From: Candidatus Rifleibacteriota bacterium
GTDB taxonomy: Bacteria > Muiribacteriota > Ozemobacteria > Ozemobacterales > Ozemobacteraceae
Assembly: GCA_015232575.1 (NCBI GenBank)
Contig: JADFZL010000018.1
Coordinates: 66,264-130,263 of the forward strand
DNA length: 64,000 nt
Reading direction: 5' to 3'
The notes under the pieces are model-generated. The model saw nothing but the letters and a program-made list of their open reading frames with translations, ran no database searches and had not been told where the DNA came from. Below, piece after piece: positions 8,960 to 17,886 of this stretch. Position 1 is the stretch's first letter; the number at the start of each line of letters is the position of its first letter. Position numbers and translations under genes: made by a program.

Positions 8960-9934
8960 TCATTTCCTTTTAAAAAAGGCTCTGATGGTGAATTTTCCGC
9001 TGGGTTCTCTTAATCTTTCGATTTTTTCCAGATCGAATGAATGTTTGTTGGCAAGTAACGCGACTGAAGCCATTGAAAAAACGTGAAAGTGATCTATAAA
9101 AAACTCCTGTCGTGAATAACCGCATTTTGAGGCCATTTCACCATCAGGTACCTCAATATAGAGCCACCCTCCACGAACATCCAGCAAATCAGACGTTTTA
9201 TCCAGAAAACCCACCGGGTCTATAACATGCTCAATAACTTTGTTGAAAGTAATCAAATCAAAAGAATTGTTTAATTTCAATTCCTCAAATTTCCCTTGAA
9301 CCGACTTAATCTGCAATTTTTCAGTCAAATGCCTGCAAGCAATTCCATCCGGATCGCTTGCAGTAACATTCCAGCCTGACTCTTTCATCAGAAATGGAAA
9401 TACACCTGTTCCTGAGCCCACATCAAGCACAGACATTTTTTCATCACTAACATTTTTTTCATAGGAATTACTGTACTCGCTTATTATTCTGCGTACTCCA
9501 TCTTCTACATTTATACAACAATCCATGTCTGCGCTTTTCCCGCTGCGATTTCCGAATTCATTTAAACCCCTGAACTCCCGAAAAAATGAATTAATAAATT
9601 TTACTCTTCCTCTGTTATCAGAAGAATCTTCCGAAAGGTTCATCACCTTTGAAAATCGCTCCGAAATCCCATCAAGATCGCCATATACCGACTTCAAATA
9701 CTCGCCGGAATATAAATTCTGATTAACAAAATCATGCTCAGCAAAAAAATGCGAGCATGTTGTACACTTTTTAATTCTTCGATAATAAGGCTTGCCATCA
9801 AGATATGAATACCTTGTTTCACCAGCAGGCGGCGCAGAGAATTCGTGAACAATTTTAAAAAGACTACTATTGCAAAATATGCACTTTTTATAATTTATCA
9901 TATTCACTTCATCATGTTCATTCTTGCGAACCAA
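8960..9934 (-). CDS. Class I SAM-dependent methyltransferase with an N-terminal Cys4 zinc-ribbon
   Basis: Motif I VLDVGSGTGVF. N-terminal CIFCNS...CTTCSH. 324 aa. Overlaps the downstream maf-like gene. Confidence 0.75.
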   Translation of the reverse strand: MVRKNEHDEVNMINYKKCIFCNSSLFKIVHEFSAPPAGETRYSYLDGKPYYRRIKKCTTCSHFFAEHDFVNQNLYSGEYLKSVYGDLDGISERFSKVMNLSEDSSDNRGRVKFINSFFREFRGLNEFGNRSGKSADMDCCINVEDGVRRIISEYSNSYEKNVSDEKMSVLDVGSGTGVFPFLMKESGWNVTASDPDGIACRHLTEKLQIKSVQGKFEELKLNNSFDLITFNKVIEHVIDPVGFLDKTSDLLDVRGGWLYIEVPDGEMASKCGYSRQEFFIDHFHVFSMASVALLANKHSFDLEKIERLREPSGKFTIRAFFKRK

Positions 9935-11894
9935 ATTCGTTTTCTAAGTCTTTTTTTGCATCTTCAAGAAGTTTATAAGAAACTTTACACACATCGCCCA
10001 CTCTGGGAAACCATTGTTTCATAATTCTGATGGCCTGGAGTTTACATCTTTTGTCATCATCACTAATCGATAAAAGCTGATTCAATTCCATTTCGAAGTG
10101 AACAATAATCATTTGTATTATATGCATCAAGTAAAGATTGAAATGTCTTCCATACATAATTATATCACCACGACTTTTAGTTAGATCATAATAGACATTG
10201 TCAAGCCTTTCCTTGGGAAATCTTGCAAGGAAATCATCTATTTCGGTATAACCTCCATTTGCAAGTTCCAACTCAAAATCATTAACTTTCTTCTCACCTT
10301 TTTCACAAAATTCAATAACCTCTCTTACATCCTTTTCAGTCTCACGAATTATACTATGGAAATTCTTCCAAAGATTTTTGATTTCAGCTTCATTTGGCAC
10401 TATCAATTTTTTATTGAATATTTTAAGGACATCAAAACTTTTGGTACAATATTTCTCAATTGCCTCGCGAAGCGGCATTATTACCGTTCCTTCAATAAAA
10501 GCTCCACCTTCGGTTGAATTGATGCATATTCCTCTGAATTTAGCCACATCATTGACAAAATCTTTTCTAGTCATGTTGAAATTTGAGTTTGTCATGACAA
10601 AATCTTCAATATTTCCCTTTATTGGAAAAAGGTCTTCTTTTTTCAAATTAGGTTTAGCAAGTGATGAAGATCCTAATGCATGTGTTTGATCAATACTTTT
10701 AAAAGAACAATCCTGCCCAACAAGAATTATTGGATCGCAACCAAATGCTTCAAGAATTTTAAAAGTCATATTTGAGCAAGTCTGCCCTGTCTTTAAAGTG
10801 CCTTTTTCTATTTGAATCCAGTTAAAATGAGCAAAAGAGCGATAGGTTACAACATGTTTTCCTTTCCATGAAGCGTAGGTGTAAGGGTTAATGACTGGAG
10901 TAGCAAAATAATAAACATCTTTCATTGATTCATCGGGAAGACTGGTGAATAAATCACCGAGATTTGGTGTACGCTCAAGACTTGAAACACCATGAGGTTT
11001 AATTCCATGATTATATAAAACCTGAAATGCCGAATCAGCAGAGATTATAACTGCCTTTCCAAAAGCGTTTTTTAATTCCTCAATATTCTTGTCTAATGAA
11101 GGACCTGTCGACACAATAATTCCTGGCAATCCTTTGAAAGCTCCAAACAAATCTTTCACTCCAGGATTTTTCATTATCAGCCCAAGGTTCTTCATTATAT
11201 TTTCAACACCAATCATTGAGTCTTTCGGACAATTTCCATAATTATAAATTGTCTTTTCAGCAGCTTCACGAAATTTTCTAAGCATATTCTTGTTGTATTC
11301 ACCATGAATTTTTGTCAAAGCCGGGTGATCAAAAACAACTAGCGTTTTCAAAAACAATTGAAAAACAATACCAGCTTTTCCAATCAAATCCAGGAAAACC
11401 GGATAGCCTTCCTCTTCGGGAATACCTACTCCCCAACGTATTTTAGGGGATAGGAACAAATCCTTCAGATCAACATTTCTAACTGCATTAATAAGCGCTT
11501 GAGAATCTTTTTCGATAACAATAATATAAAGGTTAGTCTCTTTTAATTCATTCAATGCAGCCCTAATATGATAACCAAGGCCTATACCAAAAATTATTAA
11601 AAGTTTCGGATTTCTGAAATTCATTCCTGATATTTGTTGAGCAGCTTCCTTCTCAGGGTCATACCTGCTGTGAATCTGAATATTTTTCCCCGAATAAGAT
11701 ATAGAAAGTGTGCAAGAACCATTTTTTGCAGTTTCATTTACATATTGATAATCGCTGGGTTCATTCAACTCAATCAATGTTGCAAAAAGTGGATGATGCT
11801 TTCTTAATATTTTCATGTTGGCAGCATAAATATCTTTTTTCATAATTTCCCTGTAATCGAATATTTCACAAAATTGCTTTTCAAGCAAAAACAC
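9918..11894 (-). CDS. maf: Motility-accessory-factor (Maf)-like flagellin glycosyltransferase, DUF115 / MptE-like family
   Basis: 658 aa. Rossmann-like segments LLIIFGIGLGYH, GIIVSTGPSLD and LVGQDCSF are typical of DUF115 Maf proteins. It is immediately adjacent to and divergent from the flagellin genes, and is grouped with PseA-like, MBL and MT genes as in Maf-type flagellin glycosylation islands. Confidence 0.55.
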   Translation of the reverse strand: MFLLEKQFCEIFDYREIMKKDIYAANMKILRKHHPLFATLIELNEPSDYQYVNETAKNGSCTLSISYSGKNIQIHSRYDPEKEAAQQISGMNFRNPKLLIIFGIGLGYHIRAALNELKETNLYIIVIEKDSQALINAVRNVDLKDLFLSPKIRWGVGIPEEEGYPVFLDLIGKAGIVFQLFLKTLVVFDHPALTKIHGEYNKNMLRKFREAAEKTIYNYGNCPKDSMIGVENIMKNLGLIMKNPGVKDLFGAFKGLPGIIVSTGPSLDKNIEELKNAFGKAVIISADSAFQVLYNHGIKPHGVSSLERTPNLGDLFTSLPDESMKDVYYFATPVINPYTYASWKGKHVVTYRSFAHFNWIQIEKGTLKTGQTCSNMTFKILEAFGCDPIILVGQDCSFKSIDQTHALGSSSLAKPNLKKEDLFPIKGNIEDFVMTNSNFNMTRKDFVNDVAKFRGICINSTEGGAFIEGTVIMPLREAIEKYCTKSFDVLKIFNKKLIVPNEAEIKNLWKNFHSIIRETEKDVREVIEFCEKGEKKVNDFELELANGGYTEIDDFLARFPKERLDNVYYDLTKSRGDIIMYGRHFNLYLMHIIQMIIVHFEMELNQLLSISDDDKRCKLQAIRIMKQWFPRVGDVCKVSYKLLEDAKKDLENEFGSQE

Positions 11895-12061
11895 TTGATG
11901 AAAATAATACGATATTTCAAATTAAACAACAATAGTTAATTTAAATAGAAAGCAACTAGAAACATAATTAGCTGAATTTTCACGAAAAGAAGTTAAAACA
12001 TGGACCATGGATGCATTTTTATTTTATAACTAAATGCATTCGTCGAATATCAAAATATTCC

Positions 12062-12095
12062 GCGAAAACATATTTCATTCATTGTGACGATAAGT
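12062..12095 (+). promoter_or_regulatory. Sigma-28 (FliA/SigD)-like promoter of flagellin 1; -10 element GACGATAA
   Basis: aaaac-N15-tGACGATAAg, compared with the TAAA-N15-GCCGATAA consensus. The same GACGATAA element recurs upstream of flagellin 2. Confidence 0.4.
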
Positions 12096-12191
12096 TATGT
12101 AAGCCGAAAATAGGATTCATGAGGAAGCCTATCAAAGCTTTTTTTCCCGTCAGCAAGGAAGCTGAAAAAAATTGATTCAAGGAGGAATCAT

Positions 12192-14447
12192 ATGCGTATT
12201 AACCAAAATGTTCTCTCTATACAGACGCACTCAACCCTTCAGCAAACCAACACAAGGCTTGAGAAGTCTATTGAGAAACTGAGTTCGGGCTTACGTATCA
12301 ACCGCGCCGCTGATGACGCTGCTGGTCTGGCAATCAGCGAGAAATTGCGCAGACAGATCAAGGGCTTAACCAGAGCCATATCGAATTCTCAGGACGGGAT
12401 TTCGATGATCCAAACCGCCGAGGGTGCACTTGGCGAATCCCACTCTATTCTTCAGCGAATGCGCGAACTTGCTATTCAGGCAGCAAACGACACCCTTACC
12501 ACAAACGACCGACTTGAAATTCAAAAAGAAGTCAATCAGTTAAAAGACGACATCAACAGAATTTCAAGAAACACGGAATTCAACACAAAAAAGCTGCTTG
12601 ACGGCACTCAGACAGCTATTATCAGTGGAAGTAGCAATGCAGCTAAGGGAATAGTCACCGGCGACATTGGAGGTGTTTCAGGAAATTATGACGTAAGCAT
12701 AACCCTGGAACAGGGTGGAACCAGCCAGCTACAACAATCTCAGGTGTTCACTAAGTATCAAAGTGGTTCAACTTCTAACATCGCCAAAGGAAGTGACCAG
12801 TTAAAGGACATTGCGCAGTTTTATGACGCGAATGGAGTGTTTGTACTGACTAATCCGGCAACATTAACAGTTCAGGGTAACGGAGGTTCAACATCGTTTG
12901 TAATTGATGGACACACAACCCTTGACCAGTTGGCGGCAAATATGCAGGGAGCAATTTCTGGTGCTTCGGGTCTTCAGATGGGCACAGCATCAGCAAAGTA
13001 TGTTCCAACTACAACTTCGAATCCCACTGTGGGTGGTTATCTGCAGATTGATTCAGGACTTGTGGGAAGCGAAGGAAAGGTAAACTTTCTCGCAGACCAG
13101 CCAATAATTAACGCATTGAATTTGTCAACAGTCAGAGAAGCGGCTAATAATGTGTATTCTGTTCAGATAAAGAATGCCAGCGGATACGGTCAGAAAGTGT
13201 ATTCAGACACGAATCGAGTGTCAGGTCTTCTGAATGGCGTAGACGTAGCATTTGAATCCCAGGCCGCACAAGTTGCTGGATTAGGAGGCGTAGTTGACGG
13301 ATTGCATTTCACTTCGACTACTCACATTACAATTTCTGTGGCAGGTCAAGCCATAAATATTACTATTAATGCTGACACAGACTGGACAATGGAAGGTCTG
13401 GAAAGATATTTTAATAGAAGAATAGCTACGGCTGGTGTCAGCGGTGTATCAGCTGCAATCGTAGATGGTGAGTTAAGAATGATGTTTACACCTCCTTCAA
13501 ACTACACAGGAAACACAACACTTAGAGTTGTGAATGATACCAATGGTGGAGAAAACACTCTTGGTCTTGAAGATGGTGTTTACACAGGATTTGTTCAATC
13601 CAGTAAACTTGAGAGCGCAATTGCCAAAATGGTATCAAAATACTATGATGGTGCTGACGCCACAAGCGTTGTTATTACTATATCTTCTGGAGACGCTGAC
13701 GAAGAGATTACTGTTTTTGCTACAGTAAGCAGTTTATCTTCGGCTGATGGTGTTCAATTCTCTGCACTTCAGGTGGACGTAAACACTCAACTAAAATCTG
13801 GTGGAGTGTCAGCAAGGTTGGATGTTGTTCAAAGCACTCTTGTTTTCAGTTCAACGAGAGTTGGTAATGTTAATTCATCCACAATATCCTCAAGCAAACT
13901 GACAATGGTCGCTGGTTCTGCTGGCGCTTCGCTCGCCCAGGCAAGTGCAGCAGTCTCCTTCCTACAAGACTGGGGTTTCAGTTCTATTCAAAACCTTGAT
14001 CCGATAGTCAGTAAGGGCAAAGGTGATTCCAACTTCAGATTAAACATTGTAAACTCGAATTCTCAACTTCAGATAGGCGCAGACCAGGGGCAAACTATGA
14101 AGTTTGGAATGGTAGACATGGGTGCTGAAGCGCTTGGAGTTGACAATCTCAACATGACTTCTATTAATGGTGCAAATGAAGCTCTGAGCAAAATAAACCT
14201 TGCGATAGACAAAGTTTCAGCAGAAAGATCAAAATTAGGTGCATTTCAAAACAGGTTAGAATATGCAATCAATAACCTTAGGACAATGCATAGTAATGCC
14301 TCGTCTGCCGAATCAAGAATTAGAGATGCAGATATTGCACAAGAAATGATTGAGTTCACTCGAAACCAGATTGTTGCACAATCCGGAACGGCTATGCTCG
14401 CTCAGGCGAATACAGTTCCACAGTCAGTAATGCAACTTCTTAGATGA
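12192..14447 (+). CDS. fliC: Flagellin, 751 aa, with a long Ser/Thr/Gly-rich central variable domain
   Basis: N-terminus MRINQNVLSIQTHSTL...LSSGLRINRAADDAAGLAISEKLRRQIKGL. C-terminus NRLEYAINNLR...SRIRDADIAQEMIEFTRNQIVAQSGTAMLAQANTVPQSVMQLLR. GGAGG RBS. Confidence 0.95.
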   Translation: MRINQNVLSIQTHSTLQQTNTRLEKSIEKLSSGLRINRAADDAAGLAISEKLRRQIKGLTRAISNSQDGISMIQTAEGALGESHSILQRMRELAIQAANDTLTTNDRLEIQKEVNQLKDDINRISRNTEFNTKKLLDGTQTAIISGSSNAAKGIVTGDIGGVSGNYDVSITLEQGGTSQLQQSQVFTKYQSGSTSNIAKGSDQLKDIAQFYDANGVFVLTNPATLTVQGNGGSTSFVIDGHTTLDQLAANMQGAISGASGLQMGTASAKYVPTTTSNPTVGGYLQIDSGLVGSEGKVNFLADQPIINALNLSTVREAANNVYSVQIKNASGYGQKVYSDTNRVSGLLNGVDVAFESQAAQVAGLGGVVDGLHFTSTTHITISVAGQAINITINADTDWTMEGLERYFNRRIATAGVSGVSAAIVDGELRMMFTPPSNYTGNTTLRVVNDTNGGENTLGLEDGVYTGFVQSSKLESAIAKMVSKYYDGADATSVVITISSGDADEEITVFATVSSLSSADGVQFSALQVDVNTQLKSGGVSARLDVVQSTLVFSSTRVGNVNSSTISSSKLTMVAGSAGASLAQASAAVSFLQDWGFSSIQNLDPIVSKGKGDSNFRLNIVNSNSQLQIGADQGQTMKFGMVDMGAEALGVDNLNMTSINGANEALSKINLAIDKVSAERSKLGAFQNRLEYAINNLRTMHSNASSAESRIRDADIAQEMIEFTRNQIVAQSGTAMLAQANTVPQSVMQLLR

Positions 14448-14473
14448 TGTAAGATCTTAAAGGTTCGGTTTTT

Positions 14474-14507
14474 CATCTCAACCAGAACTACAGTTCTGGT
14501 TGAGATG
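14474..14507 (+). terminator. Perfect 16-bp hairpin downstream of flagellin 1; candidate terminator/attenuator
   Basis: catctcaaccagaact-ac-agttctggttgagatg. The trailing U-tract is weak, so this may be partial read-through control between the paralogs. Confidence 0.4.
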
Positions 14508-14732
14508 GTATCAGTTTATAACTTTGGCTTTTGTTAAGGCTCCAATAAAGACAAGGATGTCATTTTGAGGAACTTTTCAAAACCAAGGGGTATGTTGCGA
14601 GAGCGTTGTGACTTTCTTAATGTTTGAAAAAGAATAAAAATTATTAAGCATAAAGAAATATGGTCATAACGCATAGAAAAATCAAGAAAATACGAAAATG
14701 TTACCAATAAATGCAGATTAACCACAAATTTC

Positions 14733-14766
14733 ACCCATATAATTTTGAGCAATTATGACGATAATA
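14733..14766 (+). promoter_or_regulatory. Sigma-28-like promoter of flagellin 2; -10 element GACGATAA
   Basis: attatGACGATAAt is preceded by an A/T-rich -35 region. It is conserved with the flagellin 1 promoter. Confidence 0.35.
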
Positions 14767-14835
14767 TAAATGTGTGATAAACGGATTTATCCACAAGCAA
14801 GGAAGCGAAGTAAATGATTCAAGGAGGAATCAATT

Positions 14836-17091
14836 ATGCGTATTAATCAAAATGTTCTTTCAATTCAGACACATTCAACGTTGGCCCGGACAAACGCAAG
14901 ACTTGAAAAGTCTATCGAAAAATTAAGCTCTGGGTTAAGAATCAACCGTGCTGCTGATGATGCTGCAGGTCTTGCAATAAGTGAAAAGTTGCGAAGACAG
15001 ATAAGGGGCTTGTCGAGAGCCATTTCAAACTCTCAGGACGGCATATCAATGATTCAGACTGCAGAAGGTGCAATGGGCGAAACTCATTCCATACTTCAAA
15101 GAATGAGAGAGCTGGCTATACAAGCAGCTAATGACACACTGACTTCAAATGATCGTATGGAGATACAGAAAGAAGTCAATCAGCTTAAAGACGATATTAA
15201 CAGAATATCCAGAAATACTGAATTCAATACAAAGAAACTTCTAGATGGCTCGCAAACGGCTCTGATAAGCGGTTCTAGCAATTTTACCAAAGGCATAGTA
15301 ACTGGTGATCTGGCTGATGCAAGAGGAGATTATGATGTAAGTATTGTTCTTGAACAGGGCGGCGTTAGTCAGATGCAGCGCACACAAACTTTCACCATTC
15401 TCCCCTCAGAAGGCGATCCCACAACTCTTGCAAAAGGAAGCGACCAACTTAGCGATATTGCACAATTTTATGATGCCAATGGTACCTTTGTTCTTCAAAG
15501 TCCTCAAACCATTTTGCTGCAGGGCAATGGAAAAAATACATCTTTTGTAATTGACGGTCACACAACTCTTGATCAGTTGTCGGCCTCTCTACAAAATGCA
15601 CTTTCAACATCTTCAGGTCTTGATATTGCCGGTTCCAAAGCTTCTTATATAGGATCAAACCTTTCTGGAACCTCCAATGGAGGAGGATATATCGAAATGG
15701 CATCCGGCACTACCGGTGAAGATGGCGACGTAGCCATACTTGCTGATCAGCCGCTACTCAACGCCCTTGGCTTAAGCACCGTAAGAGAAAGTGCAAATAA
15801 TCAATACAAACTTCAAATAGCAAATGCAGGCGGATATGGTGCGATTACAAGAACTGACACAAATCGTGCTGTAGGCCTTCTTGAAGGCATTGATGTTACC
15901 TTCCAGTCTGAAGCGGCTCAGATTGCTGGTTATGGAGGAGTTGTAGATGGACTTTATTTCTCTGCTGCTGAAGAGCTGTATATTTCCGTTGCGGGTACAA
16001 CAATACCTATAAGCATAAGAGCGACAGTAAGTGGTGGTTGGACAATGGAAGGGTTAGCACGATTTATTAACAACAGAATTTCTGTTGCAGCAGTCAGTGG
16101 TGCCTCTGCTGCTGTTATAGACAACCAGATACGTTTCATGTTTAACCCACCATCTAATTACACTGGCAGCTCGAAAATAGTTACCCATACCAGCGGCAAT
16201 AATACTCTTGGAATAAATAATGGAACTTATTCTGGATATGTACAAAGCAACAAAAACGAAGCTAAGTCTATGAAGCTTGTTTCAATGTATTATTCAGCAC
16301 TTGCATCCCAAACAGTTGCAATAACACTATCGGCTGGAGATGCAGCTGAGGTTGTTACCTTATTCGAAACAATCAGTACAGCTACACTTGCAGATGGTAT
16401 AATGTTTAATATTATGCAAACAAACATTAATTATCAATTAAAGTCTGCTGCCGTTGCGGCTAGAGTAGATATTGTAGATTATACTATGGTTTTCAGTTCA
16501 ACAAGAGTAGGAAGGGTAAATGACGCAACAGTAAAATCAAGCACATTAACACTTTTCGCTCATGATGGTATAACGTCAGCAACTTCTACTCCAGCAGCCT
16601 CGTTCCTTAAGAGCTGGGGATTCACAAACATTTCCGGAATTACACCAATGGTTGATAAAGGTAAAGGCGACAGTACTTTCCGGTTGCATGTGGTAAACAA
16701 TGATCCACAGTTCCAGATTGGTGCCGATCAGGGGCAGTTTATGAAAATCGGAATAGCAGACATGAGCGCAGAATCACTTGGCGTTGATAACCTTAATATG
16801 ACAACAATTGCAGGCGCAAATTCATCATTATCAAAGCTAAATAATGCTATAGACAAGGTGTCTTCTGAAAGATCAAAACTTGGTGCATTCCAGAACAGAC
16901 TTGAATACGCAATAAGTAATCTTAGAAATACACACAGCAATCTCACTGCCTCGGAATCAAGAATCAGGGATGCTGACATTGCTCAGGAAATGATAGAATT
17001 CACTCGGAATCAAATTGTTGCACAATCAGGAACAGCAATGCTGGCTCAGGCAAATACAGTACCACAGTCAGTCCTGCAGTTATTAAAATAG
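14836..17091 (+). CDS. fliC: Flagellin paralog, 751 aa. The termini are near-identical to flagellin 1 and the central domain is divergent.
   Basis: N-terminus MRINQNVLSIQTHSTLARTNARLEKSIEKLSSGLRINRAADDAAGL. C-terminus ...FTRNQIVAQSGTAMLAQANTVPQSVLQLLK. Conserved 5' UTR and RBS. Confidence 0.95.
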   Translation: MRINQNVLSIQTHSTLARTNARLEKSIEKLSSGLRINRAADDAAGLAISEKLRRQIRGLSRAISNSQDGISMIQTAEGAMGETHSILQRMRELAIQAANDTLTSNDRMEIQKEVNQLKDDINRISRNTEFNTKKLLDGSQTALISGSSNFTKGIVTGDLADARGDYDVSIVLEQGGVSQMQRTQTFTILPSEGDPTTLAKGSDQLSDIAQFYDANGTFVLQSPQTILLQGNGKNTSFVIDGHTTLDQLSASLQNALSTSSGLDIAGSKASYIGSNLSGTSNGGGYIEMASGTTGEDGDVAILADQPLLNALGLSTVRESANNQYKLQIANAGGYGAITRTDTNRAVGLLEGIDVTFQSEAAQIAGYGGVVDGLYFSAAEELYISVAGTTIPISIRATVSGGWTMEGLARFINNRISVAAVSGASAAVIDNQIRFMFNPPSNYTGSSKIVTHTSGNNTLGINNGTYSGYVQSNKNEAKSMKLVSMYYSALASQTVAITLSAGDAAEVVTLFETISTATLADGIMFNIMQTNINYQLKSAAVAARVDIVDYTMVFSSTRVGRVNDATVKSSTLTLFAHDGITSATSTPAASFLKSWGFTNISGITPMVDKGKGDSTFRLHVVNNDPQFQIGADQGQFMKIGIADMSAESLGVDNLNMTTIAGANSSLSKLNNAIDKVSSERSKLGAFQNRLEYAISNLRNTHSNLTASESRIRDADIAQEMIEFTRNQIVAQSGTAMLAQANTVPQSVLQLLK

Positions 17092-17115
17092 TAGTTAAGC
17101 TCAGCATTATTATAG

Positions 17116-17146
17116 GCTGGAATTTAAATAAATATTAAATTCCAGC
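17116..17146 (+). terminator. Hairpin downstream of flagellin 2 (weak terminator candidate)
   Basis: ggctggaatttaa-ataaat-attaaattccagc. No strong U-tract. Confidence 0.3.
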
Positions 17147-17251
17147 ACAAATTTGATATATTGTGTTAGAATTATTAACAGGGGAGATATTGTTACTTTT
17201 CTAATAGGATCCTGTGGCCTGCGGATCTCAAGAGACTAAGGAGTAAATATT

Positions 17252-17638
17252 ATGGAAATCAATCGATTAAGTCCGGTTCCTTCTTCAGGACAGCAAATTC
17301 AAGCTGAACCGCCAGTAACAGTGCCTGTTGAGAATGCTGGAAATGCAGCCGAAACGGCACCTCAAATTCAGCAAACTCAACAGAATGAGAAGGAAAAGCA
17401 AGAGCAAAAAACTTCTATTGAGGAACTAAATCAAGCACTTGATACAGCAAATAAAACTGCTAACGCTTTTGATCGATCTCTTCGGTTTAAACTTCACGAA
17501 AAAACAAAAGAATATATGATAAGTGTTGTTGACACGAAAACTGATAAGGTTATCAGAGAAATTCCACCAAAAGAGTTTCTGGATATGTTAGCAAAAATGA
17601 GAGATTATATCGGGATGATTTTTGATAAAAAAGCTTGA
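17252..17638 (+). CDS. flaG: Flagellar protein FlaG
   Basis: 128 aa. The C-terminal region SLRFKLHEKTKEYMISVVDTKTDKVIREIPPKEFLDMLAKM matches the FlaG family signature (...V.V.D..TGEVIRQIPPEE.L...). AAGGAG RBS. Canonical position after flagellin. Confidence 0.75.
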   Translation: MEINRLSPVPSSGQQIQAEPPVTVPVENAGNAAETAPQIQQTQQNEKEKQEQKTSIEELNQALDTANKTANAFDRSLRFKLHEKTKEYMISVVDTKTDKVIREIPPKEFLDMLAKMRDYIGMIFDKKA

Positions 17639-17816
17639 CATGATCTGCGTTTATTTTCTATAAGGGAATAAGATTTTTATAAAAGTGAAACCCCCAACTC
17701 TCTTATGATAGATTTTTCAAGAACTGCAACCGTATCGAAATTATATAAGCAAGTGTCTAAGCAATGTGGGTAAATTAATTTTTTTGAAAATTATGCTTGG
17801 ACGCGGTTGATTTTTC

Positions 17817-17845
17817 TTGAAAAGTGGAGTGGTTTTGCATATATT
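17817..17845 (+). promoter_or_regulatory. Sigma-70-like promoter of the giant repeat gene: TTGAAA-17 bp-TATATT
   Basis: ttgaaa agtggagtggttttgca tatatt. It is about 40 bp upstream of the ATG at 17887. The RBS is aaaGGGGGc. Confidence 0.45.
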
Positions 17846-17886
17846 TTACTTGTACGGTGTTAAATTTGTTCTAAAAGGGGGCAGCT

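Noticed and set aside
14534-14752. 72-aa minus-strand ORF between the two flagellin genes
   Set aside because: It overlaps the conserved flagellin-2 promoter/leader and the inter-paralog hairpin. Hydrophobic junk translation with no start context.
17635-17663. TTGACA-17-CTATAA sigma-70-like element overlapping the flaG stop codon
   Set aside because: It would give a 220-nt leader and overlaps coding sequence. The closer TTGAAA-17-TATATT element is a better candidate. Kept only as a note.
17825-17839. Possible sigma-54 promoter (TGGagtggttTTGCA) upstream of the giant gene
   Set aside because: GG-to-GC spacing is one bp shorter than the strict -24/-12 consensus. The same bases fit much better as the spacer and -10 of a sigma-70 TTGAAA-17-TATATT promoter.
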